Shown piece after piece: positions 1 through 8,506 of a DNA stretch of 64,000 bases. The translations under genes were made by a program, and so were the position numbers. The first letter of the stretch is position 1, and every line of letters starts with the position of its first letter. Source of the DNA: an uncultured Phycisphaeraceae bacterium (GTDB lineage: Bacteria; Planctomycetota; B15-G4; JADJEK01); assembly GCA_964649825.1 (NCBI GenBank), contig CAZYQW010000029.1, forward strand, positions 69,735 to 133,734, written 5' to 3'. A model generated the notes under the pieces. The model did not search any database, was not told the origin of the DNA, and saw only the letters and a program-made list of their open reading frames with translations.

Positions 1-1497
1 CGGCATCCGGACCGGCCCCGAGCTGCGCGACTCGACGCCGACGAGCAGCCCCTCCGCGCCGGCGAAGCCGGGAATGCCGCGATCGAACCGCGGCAGCGCT
101 CGGCACAACGCGTCGCGCGCCTTCGTCGGGAGCAGCTCATCGATCCGCGCCGGACGCGTACCGAGGAGGTAGCTCGTCCGCATCTCACCCGTCGAGAGGC
201 GCCCGGCGATGAAGTCCGGCACGCGCTGCGCCGGTGCGGTGTAGTCGCCGCCGCCCTCGTCGAAGAAGCGCCGCTCGAAGTGGCGCTGGAACTGGACGCC
301 CGCGAACGGCCCGTCACCGAAGGCGCGGTAGTCCTCGCCGGTGAACGTCGTCACCACCGCCGCGTTCGCGAAGCGCGACGAGTGCCGCGAGTTGCTCATT
401 CCGTTCGTGCAGAGGAAGCCGTCCTCGCTGATGCTCGCGACCACGCGCCCGCCCGGACACATGCAGAAGGAGTGCGCGCCTGGACCGTCCGGCCCGTCCC
501 GGCAGACCAGGTTGTACGACGCCGCGCCGAGGAGCTCGCGCTCGCGGCCGCTGCCGAGACGACCGGCGTCGATCAGCGCCTGGGGGTGCTCGACGCGCAC
601 TCCGAACTGGAACGGCTTGGTCTCGAAGCGGACGCCGTGACCGGCGAGCATCTCCCACGTGTCGCGCGCGCTGTGCCCGATCGAGAGGAGCACCGCGTCG
701 GCGCCGAGCTCGCCCCGCTCGGTTCGAACCGCCGCGATTCGACCCGGCGCGTCGCCGGCCATCGCGAGGCCGTCGACGCGGCACCGCCACTGGAACCGCA
801 CGCCTCGCTCCTCGAGACGGCGCCGCAGCGCGGGGATGATCCGATGGAGCCGATCGGTGCCGATGTGGGCGCGGGCGTCGTACAGGATGCTGGCGTCCGC
901 GCCGCACCCGACGAGCTCTTCGAGCAGTAGCACCTCGAGCGGATCATCGACGCGGGTATAGAGCTTGCCGTCGGAGTACGTCCCCGCCCCGCCCTCGCCG
1001 AACAGCATGTTGGAGTCGGGGTCGTGCCGGCGGTGACGGTTGAACTGGACGATCCGCTTGCCGCGCTCGTCGATCGCGTCGCCGCGGTCGACGATCGTGA
1101 CGCGCACGCCGTTCGCGGCGAGCGTCGCCGCCGCGAAGAGGCCGCCGGGGCCCGCGCCGACCACGACGACGTGACCGTCGCGGAGCGACGGGTCGGCGCG
1201 TTCGACGACGAGCGACGCCGGCGCGGCCGCCTCGTCGAGCCGACCCGACTTGCGCGCGCGTCGCATCCGCCCCGTCTCGACGCCGGCGTCGACGACGAGG
1301 TCGACCTGGCAGACGAAGCGGATCGGCCCGCGCGCGCGCCGAGCGTCGAGCGATTGCCGCACGATGCGAAACCCGGCCAGCCGGTCCGCGTCGAGACCGA
1401 GCTCATCGCACGCGCGGCGGCGGAGGGACGCCTCCGACTCCTCGAGCCCGCGCGAGAGGTTCTGGAGGCGCCAGGTCCGTGTCGATCTCTTCGTCAC
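1..1497 (-). CDS. NAD(P)/FAD-dependent oxidoreductase (COG2509 family). It is 3'-truncated by the window start.
   Basis: The minus-strand translation reads RVTKRSTRTWRLQNLSRGLEESEASLRRRACDELGLDADRLAGFRIVRQSLDARRARGPIRFVCQVDLVVD...VVVVGAGPGGLFAAATLAANGVRVTIVDRGD...FCMCPGGRVVAS. It has a dinucleotide-binding GxGxxG and the family-typical FCMCPGG motif. The frame is open to position 1, so it is absent from the ORF track. A GTG start at 1497 follows an in-frame TAA, and an alternative ATG lies at 1265. Confidence 0.8.
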   Translation of the reverse strand, partial: MTKRSTRTWRLQNLSRGLEESEASLRRRACDELGLDADRLAGFRIVRQSLDARRARGPIRFVCQVDLVVDAGVETGRMRRARKSGRLDEAAAPASLVVERADPSLRDGHVVVVGAGPGGLFAAATLAANGVRVTIVDRGDAIDERGKRIVQFNRHRRHDPDSNMLFGEGGAGTYSDGKLYTRVDDPLEVLLLEELVGCGADASILYDARAHIGTDRLHRIIPALRRRLEERGVRFQWRCRVDGLAMAGDAPGRIAAVRTERGELGADAVLLSIGHSARDTWEMLAGHGVRFETKPFQFGVRVEHPQALIDAGRLGSGRERELLGAASYNLVCRDGPDGPGAHSFCMCPGGRVVASISEDGFLCTNGMSNSRHSSRFANAAVVTTFTGEDYRAFGDGPFAGVQFQRHFERRFFDEGGGDYTAPAQRVPDFIAGRLSTGEMRTSYLLGTRPARIDELLPTKARDALCRALPRFDRGIPGFAGAEGLLVGVESRSSGPVRMP

Positions 1498-1666
1498 GCG
1501 TTACGCGATCGCCTTGCCGGCGACGCACGTGATCTCGAGCGTCGACCTCACGACGGCGATGAGGTTCGAGATGCGCATCAGCTCCTCCGGTGCCGGACGG
1601 TCGCAGGAGCATCGTGCCGAAACGCGGGGGCGGCGTCGAGGGCCTCGGATCCACGGGCGGCGGACT

Positions 1667-3016
1667 TCACGGTTCCGTCGGCGCGACGTCGATCGGTCGA
1701 CCGATCGCCGCCTCCAGGCCGGCGTGCGCGATCGCGGTCTCGAGACGCGCGGCCAGGTGCGCCCGGCGGGAGCGCAACACGTCGAGCTCGGCCTGGAGGA
1801 CCGCGGTCGCGGGACCGGATCCCGTCGCGTAGGACACACGAACCACGTCGAGCCGCCGGCGCGCCGCGGGCAGGAGCTCCTCGCGCAGGATCCTCTCCGC
1901 CGCCCGCGTGGCTTCGACGGCGGCGACGGCGTCGCGGACCTGGCGCTCGACGACGAGCTCGGCCTCCGCGCGAAGCAGGCTCGCCCGCTCGAAGCGAAGA
2001 CGCTCCGCCGCGGCGCTCGCCTCGGAGCGGTCGAAGACCGGCAGCGGAACCGAGAGGCTCGGGCCGAAGCGGGACGGACCACGCTCCGACTCCCCCGCCG
2101 GCCGCTCGGCCCGTTCTCCGACCACGCCGATCGATGCACGGCTCCACCACGACGATCCCGCGAGCACGGCCCGGGCGTGCGCCGCCGTCTCTTCTTCGCG
2201 ATGCATGACGAGGTCGAGACGGGCGTCCCGCGCGCCCGCGACGAGCCGGTCTTCGTCGAGCGGGCCCTCCCAAGGAGGCGGGAGGGGGGTCGTGAGCGCC
2301 ACCGCCGGATCGACCGTCCACGCGATCCGCTCCGCGAGGGCGTTGCGGGTGGTCCGCAGCTTGCGGCGCGCCTCGATCGATTCGAGCTCGGCGCGCAGCC
2401 GATCCACGTCGGCCACGCTCGCTTCCCATTCCGTCGCTCGTCCCGCCCCGCGTCGGGTCTCCACCTGCCCCCGCGCGCGTTCATAGACCGCCGCCTCCGC
2501 TTCCCGGATCGCGAGCTCTTCGGCCGCCGCGAGCGCCTCGTAGTAGCGAGCCCGCGTCTCGCGCGCGCGCGACGCGGCGAGATCGGCCACTCGGTAGATG
2601 GCCGCGCGGAGGTCGTGGGCGGCGACGTCGCGGCGTCGTGGGATGCGCCACAGATCGAGGATCTCCCACGCGATCCCGCCCTCCACTCCGGCCGATCCGC
2701 CTCCCGACGGGAAGAAGAGCGCGAGGTCGAGGATCGGGTTGGCCGGAAGCCCCGAACGAACCCACTCCGCCTTTGCGACGCCGATCTCGCGGAACGCGGC
2801 CTCGATCCCGGGATGCATGGCGACGGCGCGGCGCACCGCGAGCTCGAGCGACAGCCCCGCGTCCGGATCGATCGTCTCCGCCCCGGCCGCGTCCCCGGCG
2901 GACATCCCGATCGCTCGCGCCACCGCGACGCGCGCTTCGCTTTCCTCCGGGGCGGAGTCGACCGTGACGCACCCGGCGATCAGCGCCGGCAGGGCGAGGG
3001 CCATGAGTCGGGTCAT
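1667..3016 (-). CDS. Outer-membrane efflux protein of the TolC/CzcC family for the RND system.
   Basis: The N-terminus MTRLMALALPALIAGC has a lipoprotein signal peptide and lipobox. The 450-aa protein has paired coiled-coil and beta-barrel repeats typical of OEPs. Its ATG overlaps the czcA stop in an ATGA arrangement. Confidence 0.85.
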   Translation of the reverse strand: MTRLMALALPALIAGCVTVDSAPEESEARVAVARAIGMSAGDAAGAETIDPDAGLSLELAVRRAVAMHPGIEAAFREIGVAKAEWVRSGLPANPILDLALFFPSGGGSAGVEGGIAWEILDLWRIPRRRDVAAHDLRAAIYRVADLAASRARETRARYYEALAAAEELAIREAEAAVYERARGQVETRRGAGRATEWEASVADVDRLRAELESIEARRKLRTTRNALAERIAWTVDPAVALTTPLPPPWEGPLDEDRLVAGARDARLDLVMHREEETAAHARAVLAGSSWWSRASIGVVGERAERPAGESERGPSRFGPSLSVPLPVFDRSEASAAAERLRFERASLLRAEAELVVERQVRDAVAAVEATRAAERILREELLPAARRRLDVVRVSYATGSGPATAVLQAELDVLRSRRAHLAARLETAIAHAGLEAAIGRPIDVAPTEP

Positions 3017-6000
3017 GGGTCGACCTCCACCGTGGCGGGCCGGCCGAACCTGAGGTAGAGCGCGGGGACCACGATCATGTTCAAGAACGTCGAGCTGAGC
3101 AGGCCGAACAGGATCACGATCGCCATCGGGGTGAGCACCTCCGTCCCCGGCTCCTCGCCGCGCAACGCGAGCGGGACGAGCGCGAGGCCGGCGGACAACG
3201 CCGTCATCACGATCGGCGCCAGGCGCTCGAGGGAACCCCGGACGACCGCTTCGCGGAAGTCGAGGACGCCCTCCTCGTGCTGCAGGTGCTTGATGTGCGA
3301 CACGAGCAAGATGCCGTTGCGCGCCGCGATCCCGAAGACGGTGATGAACCCGATGATCGAAGCGACCGACAGCACGCCGCCCGACAACCACACGCCGGCG
3401 ACGCCGCCGATCAACGCGAGCGGAAGGTTGATCAGAACGAAGATCGCGTCCCGCGCCGAGGCGAACGCGAGGTGGAGGAGGAATCCGATCAGCACCAGCA
3501 CGAGGAGACCGACGAGCACGAGCCGGTTCCGCGTCGATTCCGCGCTCTCGAACTGCCCGCCGTACTCCACGTGGTACCCGTCCGGGAGATCGATCCGGTC
3601 GCTGATGCGCTCGCGGATCTCCTCGACCACGCCCACGAGGTCGCGGCCCGCCACGTTGCACATCACCGTGATCAGACGCTGCGTGCGCTCGCGCGCGATG
3701 AAGTTCGGCCCTCGGTCCTCCCGGATCGTGGCGACCGCCTTCAGGGGGACCCGCGCGCCGTGCGTCGACTCGAGGAAGGTGTCGCCGATCGACCGCGGCG
3801 ACACCGGCTCGTTCCCGACTCGCACGACGAGCGCGTACGCTCGGCTCCCCTGCAGCACGCGCCCCGCCTCGATGCCGAGCGACGCCGATGCCAGCGCCCG
3901 CGCCGCGTGGCCGACCGTGAGGCCGTGCCGCGCGAGGGCGGCCCGATCGAATTGCACGGTCAGCGACTGCACCGCGGCCTGCTGCTCGACGCGAAGGTCG
4001 ACGACGCCCTCGACGCCGGCCGTGACGGCGCGGATTCGCTCGGCGATCGACCGCAGCCGCACCAGATCGTCGCCGAAGACCTTCACCGCGATTCCGGTGG
4101 GCGTGCCCGAGAGCATGTGATCGATGCGATGGGAGATCGGTTGGCCGAAGGACGTCTGCACCCCCGGAACCGACGCGACGCTCTCCCGCAAGGCCTCGAG
4201 GAGCTCGGCCTTGGTCCGGCGCGGCGCGCCCAACCGTTCCGGCGCGGCCATGTCGAGGCGAACCTCGAGCTCCGACGACTCCACGCCCAGGACGTGCTCG
4301 TCCTCCTCCGCGCGGCCCGTCCTCCGCCCGATCGCCGCCACCTCGGGGTGCCTCATCACCTCTTCCTCCACCCGCTTCGCGAGACCGTCGCTCTCGGCCA
4401 GCGACGTGCCCGGCAGCGTCGCCACGTTGATGACCAGGGATCCTTCGTTGAACTCTGGCAGGAAGCTCTTCCCGGCCACCGAGAGTCCGAACACGGCGGC
4501 GACGAGCAGAAGCAGGGCCGGCGTGGACGACACCCACGGATGGCGAAGGGCGAACGCGAGAGGTCCGCGGTACCAACGCTTCAAGATCGACACCGTCCAC
4601 GGCTCGCCTCGTCGCGTCGATCCGCGCCCGGCCAGAAGGTACGAGCAGAGCGCCGGGGTCAGCGTGAGCGCCACGACGAGCGACGCGGCGAGCGACACGC
4701 TGAACGCGAGTCCGAGCGGCCGGAGCAGACGCCCCTCGACTCCCGTCAGGAAGAACAGGGGAACGAAGACGAGGAGGATGATGGCGGTCGCGAAGACGAT
4801 CGACATCCGCACCTCGTAGCTCGCCCCGACGATCACCGCGAACGACGATCGCCGTTCGGCCTCCGGCCTGGCCGCGTTCTCCCTCAGGCGCCGCACCACG
4901 TTCTCGACGTCGATGATCGCGTCGTCGACGAGCGCGCCGATCGCGATCGCCATCCCGCCGAGCGTCATCGTGTTGATGCCGGCGCCGAACCAGTAGAGCG
5001 TGAGCGCGGCGATCAGCAGCGACACCGGAATCGCGAGCAAGGTGATGAGGCTCGCACGAATCGACAGGAGGAACGCCGCGACCACGAGGATCACGAACAA
5101 CGCGCCCTCCTTCAGCGCCGCCACCGTGTTGTCGACCGCGGCGCGGATGAAGTCGGCCTGGCGGAAGATGTTGGCGTTCAGGCGCATCCCGTCGGGCAAC
5201 GTCGACTGCAGGTCCAGGACGACCTCGTCGAGCCGGCGCGTGAGCTCGAGCGTGTTCGCGTCGGGCTGCTTCTGAACGGCGAGGATCACGGCCGGCTCGG
5301 TGATCGCGCGCCCGTCATCGGCGCGACGCGACGCGGAGGCGGCCCCGCGGCGGAACGCGGCCCGCTCGGCGACCCGCGCGATGTCCCTCACCCTCACCGG
5401 GTTGTCGCCGCGCGAGACGACGACGGTCTGCTCGATGTCGGAGACGTCGCGGATCCGCCCGACTCCGATCACGAGGGATTCCTGCGCGCCGGCCGTGTAG
5501 ACGCCCGAAGAGACGTTCTCGTTCGACTCCGCGACGGCGTCCAGGACTTGCTCGACGGTGATCTCGTAGCCGGCGAGCCGCGCCGGATCGAGCCGCACCT
5601 CGAACTGCTTCACCTCGCCGCCGATCGGAAGCACCTGCGCCACGCCGGGGATCGACAGCAGGCGCCGGCGAACCCGGAACTCCGCGACGTCGCGCAGCTC
5701 CATCGGGTCGTTTCTGTCCGAGGTCAGCGCGAGGAAGAGGATTTCGCCCATGATCGAGGTCATCGGCGCGAGCACCGGCGGCTCGACTTGCTCGGGAAGC
5801 CGGCCGGACACGCTCGACAGCCGCTCCGCGACCGTTTGGCGGGCGCGGTACACGTCGGTACCCCAGTCGAACTCCGCCCACACGATCGAGAAGCCGAGCG
5901 TGGTCGCCGAGCGGACTCGCCGGATGCCGGTCGCTCCGTTCAACGCCGTCTCGATTGGAAACGTGACGAGCGTCTCCATCTCCTCCGGGGCCATTCCGTG

Positions 6001-6159
6001 ACCTTCGACGAGCACCGTGACGGTCGGCGCGGTCAGGTCGGGAAACACGTCGATGGGCAGCTTGCTCGTGGCGAACGACCCGAAGAGCAGCACCACGGCC
6101 GCGGCGAGCACGACGCCGAGACGGTTCTTCAGCGCACCACGTATGAGAGCGTTCAGCAT
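3013..6159 (-). CDS. czcA: Heavy-metal efflux RND transporter, CzcA/CusA family.
   Basis: The 1,048-aa protein starts MLNALIRGALKNRLGVVLAAAVVLLFG, as CusA/CzcA does. It has 12 TM segments and two large periplasmic loops. The track ORF is uninterrupted. Confidence 0.95.
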   Translation of the reverse strand: MLNALIRGALKNRLGVVLAAAVVLLFGSFATSKLPIDVFPDLTAPTVTVLVEGHGMAPEEMETLVTFPIETALNGATGIRRVRSATTLGFSIVWAEFDWGTDVYRARQTVAERLSSVSGRLPEQVEPPVLAPMTSIMGEILFLALTSDRNDPMELRDVAEFRVRRRLLSIPGVAQVLPIGGEVKQFEVRLDPARLAGYEITVEQVLDAVAESNENVSSGVYTAGAQESLVIGVGRIRDVSDIEQTVVVSRGDNPVRVRDIARVAERAAFRRGAASASRRADDGRAITEPAVILAVQKQPDANTLELTRRLDEVVLDLQSTLPDGMRLNANIFRQADFIRAAVDNTVAALKEGALFVILVVAAFLLSIRASLITLLAIPVSLLIAALTLYWFGAGINTMTLGGMAIAIGALVDDAIIDVENVVRRLRENAARPEAERRSSFAVIVGASYEVRMSIVFATAIILLVFVPLFFLTGVEGRLLRPLGLAFSVSLAASLVVALTLTPALCSYLLAGRGSTRRGEPWTVSILKRWYRGPLAFALRHPWVSSTPALLLLVAAVFGLSVAGKSFLPEFNEGSLVINVATLPGTSLAESDGLAKRVEEEVMRHPEVAAIGRRTGRAEEDEHVLGVESSELEVRLDMAAPERLGAPRRTKAELLEALRESVASVPGVQTSFGQPISHRIDHMLSGTPTGIAVKVFGDDLVRLRSIAERIRAVTAGVEGVVDLRVEQQAAVQSLTVQFDRAALARHGLTVGHAARALASASLGIEAGRVLQGSRAYALVVRVGNEPVSPRSIGDTFLESTHGARVPLKAVATIREDRGPNFIARERTQRLITVMCNVAGRDLVGVVEEIRERISDRIDLPDGYHVEYGGQFESAESTRNRLVLVGLLVLVLIGFLLHLAFASARDAIFVLINLPLALIGGVAGVWLSGGVLSVASIIGFITVFGIAARNGILLVSHIKHLQHEEGVLDFREAVVRGSLERLAPIVMTALSAGLALVPLALRGEEPGTEVLTPMAIVILFGLLSSTFLNMIVVPALYLRFGRPATVEVDP

Positions 6160-6170
6160 GATTCGCCCCC

Positions 6171-7874
6171 TTAGTGGTGATGGTGCCCGTCGGCCACCGA
6201 ATCGGGGGCGAGCGAGGCGAGGCGAACGGTGTAGGCGCCGCGGCTCACGACGCGCGCGCCCTCGGCAAGTCCGTCCAGCACCTCAACGCGGTCGCCGTCC
6301 TCGATGCCGACCTTCAGGAACCGCTTCTGGAAGCTCTCCCCGCCCACCAGGACGTAGGCGGTCGGCAAACCGTTCTCGACGACCACGGCCTCGCGCGGGA
6401 TCGCGATCGCGTTGTGCGCCACCCGCGTCCCGAGGTAGACGTCGAGCGACATCCCGATGCGCAGCCGGCCGAGCGGGTTCGGCACCTCGAAGAGCAGCGA
6501 AGCGGAGTGCGTGACGGAGTCGACGATCAGCGGCCGATGCACCAGTTCCGCGCCTTCGACGTCGCGCAGGTCGAGCATCGTCTCGTCATGCCCCGGGATC
6601 TTGACGATCGCCGAGGGATCGTCGCCAAGCGAGGGCAGGTCGAACTCCGGGACCCTCGCCTCGATCCAAACGATCGAGGCGTCGATGATCTCGAACACCG
6701 GTTCGCGCACGTCGAAGAACTGGCCCTCGATGCACTCGGCGCGTACGAGGACGCCGTCGATCGGAGCGCGGAGGGGCAGGAGCAGCCCGTCGCCTCCGCC
6801 CGCCTCGGTTCGCTCCGCGGCCGCGGCCTCGCCCTCGAGATCCACCAACCCGCGAAGCGCGTCGCGGAGCTCGTCCAGCAGAGCGTCGATCCCGGCGAGC
6901 TCGGCCGCCGCCACGCGGGTCGTTTGCTCGGCCTCATCCATTTCCTGATCGGTGGCCAGCCCCCGACCGTGCAGCGATCGCACGCGTTCGAGGGCACGAG
7001 CCGCGTAGTCGATGCGTGTCGTGAGCGTCGAGCGCGTCGCCGCGAGCTCGGCCGAGCGGACCGCCAGGTCGGTGCGCCGGAGGGCCAGCTCTCGACGCTG
7101 CGCCGCGAGCTGCGATCGGTTCGCCGCGAGCGCGGCGGCCTCGGTGACGGGCAGCGGCGGACGGATCCAGCCGAGAAGACGCCCCTTCGTGACCCTCTCG
7201 CCCATGTCCGGGAGCCCTCCGTCGGGTGCGACGATCGAGCCCGCGATCGGCGGCGTCACGTGGGCCGCGTTGCCGTGGCGCGTCACGACGCGGCCCGGCA
7301 CCTGCACCCGTTCGATCAAGTCCTCGCGATCGACGAGGTGAAGCCGCGTCCCGACGCGCCACTGCTCTTCGAGCCGGAACGTGACGAGATCCGGCACGTC
7401 GGCGCCGTCGGAGAGGGCCGCCCGCGCGGCCGCGTCATCCGCGTGCACGGCGACGGATCCGAGGTCGAAGCGATCCTCGTGATCCCCCCGCAGCACGAAC
7501 GAGAGCGCGACGTCGCCCGGGTCGGCGATCGTCAGCGCCGGGACGAAAAGACCCGGGCGGCGCGGAGCCTCGGCCGACGCGCGCGATTCGCGCCCGCCCG
7601 CCGAACGAGCGACGACCTCGAGCGTTCCCGCGGACACCGGCTCTCCGCTCGCCAGGATCGTGACGTGGGCGAGAAACTCGATCGGCCGGCCGGCCACCGG
7701 AATCGGAAACTCGACGAACAGCTCGGAACGATCGGTGAATACGGTGGCCGTCGTCGCCGGCGTCTCGTCTTCGTGAGCGGCGTCATCGTCCGCGTGAGGA
7801 TGCTGATGATGTGGAGGACAGCCCAATCCCGCGACGAGCAGGAAGAGCAGCCCCGAACGTAGGAATCGGTGCAT
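6171..7874 (-). CDS. RND efflux periplasmic adaptor (membrane fusion protein, CzcB/CusB-like) with His-rich termini.
   Basis: The 567-aa protein has a signal/TM segment, an N-terminal HHQHPHADDDAAHEDE stretch and a C-terminal DGHHHH. The coiled-coil hairpin and beta-barrel domain are typical of HlyD-family MFPs. The gene ends 11 nt upstream of czcA. Confidence 0.9.
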   Translation of the reverse strand: MHRFLRSGLLFLLVAGLGCPPHHQHPHADDDAAHEDETPATTATVFTDRSELFVEFPIPVAGRPIEFLAHVTILASGEPVSAGTLEVVARSAGGRESRASAEAPRRPGLFVPALTIADPGDVALSFVLRGDHEDRFDLGSVAVHADDAAARAALSDGADVPDLVTFRLEEQWRVGTRLHLVDREDLIERVQVPGRVVTRHGNAAHVTPPIAGSIVAPDGGLPDMGERVTKGRLLGWIRPPLPVTEAAALAANRSQLAAQRRELALRRTDLAVRSAELAATRSTLTTRIDYAARALERVRSLHGRGLATDQEMDEAEQTTRVAAAELAGIDALLDELRDALRGLVDLEGEAAAAERTEAGGGDGLLLPLRAPIDGVLVRAECIEGQFFDVREPVFEIIDASIVWIEARVPEFDLPSLGDDPSAIVKIPGHDETMLDLRDVEGAELVHRPLIVDSVTHSASLLFEVPNPLGRLRIGMSLDVYLGTRVAHNAIAIPREAVVVENGLPTAYVLVGGESFQKRFLKVGIEDGDRVEVLDGLAEGARVVSRGAYTVRLASLAPDSVADGHHHH

Positions 7875-7964
7875 GGATGGAGACCCTCGGGGAACCGGGA
7901 ATGCGCGCGTGAACCTCCCGCCCGCGGGACGCGGACGGGACGACGGCAGGACGACGATCCTGGT

Positions 7965-8393
7965 TCAGAGGGTCGGAGGAGCGCGCGGTGCGGATGGAGC
8001 GGTTTCGACGCCGATCGGTGGATGGACGGCAGGGATCGATTCGACCCGACGGGGCGCCGGCGGGTGGTCGGTGGACGGTGCGAGCTCGACGCCGGGCGGA
8101 GGCGCTTGAGCCTCGCCGCGCGCAGAGTCCCGCTCCCAGCACTTCTTCGGCAGCACGAAGCGCGGCGTGTCGCCGTGAACGTGCCAGTCGGCGCGGCAGT
8201 CATCGTCGCACCGCAGGATCGGTCCCGCGACCTTGACCGCGGCGACGCCCTCGAGCCCCGGCTCCTGGCCCGGGTGACGATGAGGCTCGTGCGAGTGATC
8301 CGGCTCGGAATGATGGGCGTGGACGTGGTACGGCTGGAGCGCCACGTGCGCCAGCACCAGGAGTGCGATCCAGATCGATCCGAGCCTCCGCAT
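7965..8393 (-). CDS. Small secreted His-rich protein, a putative periplasmic metal-binding accessory of the RND operon.
   Basis: This is the 142-aa tail of the 307-aa track ORF. It reads MRRLGSIWIALLVLAHVALQ (signal peptide) followed by PYHVHAHHSEPDHSHEPHRHPG, and also contains CDDDC and KKCW. It sits 90 nt upstream of the MFP gene on the same strand. Confidence 0.5.
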   Translation of the reverse strand: MRRLGSIWIALLVLAHVALQPYHVHAHHSEPDHSHEPHRHPGQEPGLEGVAAVKVAGPILRCDDDCRADWHVHGDTPRFVLPKKCWERDSARGEAQAPPPGVELAPSTDHPPAPRRVESIPAVHPPIGVETAPSAPRAPPTL

Positions 8394-8506
8394 GGCGAGG
8401 AAGCTAGCCGATGCGACGCCGCCCGGCAACTGCGGAGAGCCGACGCCGTCGACGTCGGCCCTCCACCGGGTGGCCGGGGTCGCCAGCGACCCGACGCGAC
8501 CCGCCG

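Noticed and set aside
1024-4600. Long overlapping ORFs (1024-2208 +, 1250-3058 +, and the 1667-4600 minus-strand 977-aa form).
   Set aside because: These are Arg/Ser-rich frames overlapping the oxidoreductase, OMP and czcA genes. The real OMP starts at the internal MTRLM (3016) with a lipobox. The 977-aa version fuses it to an antisense czcA frame.
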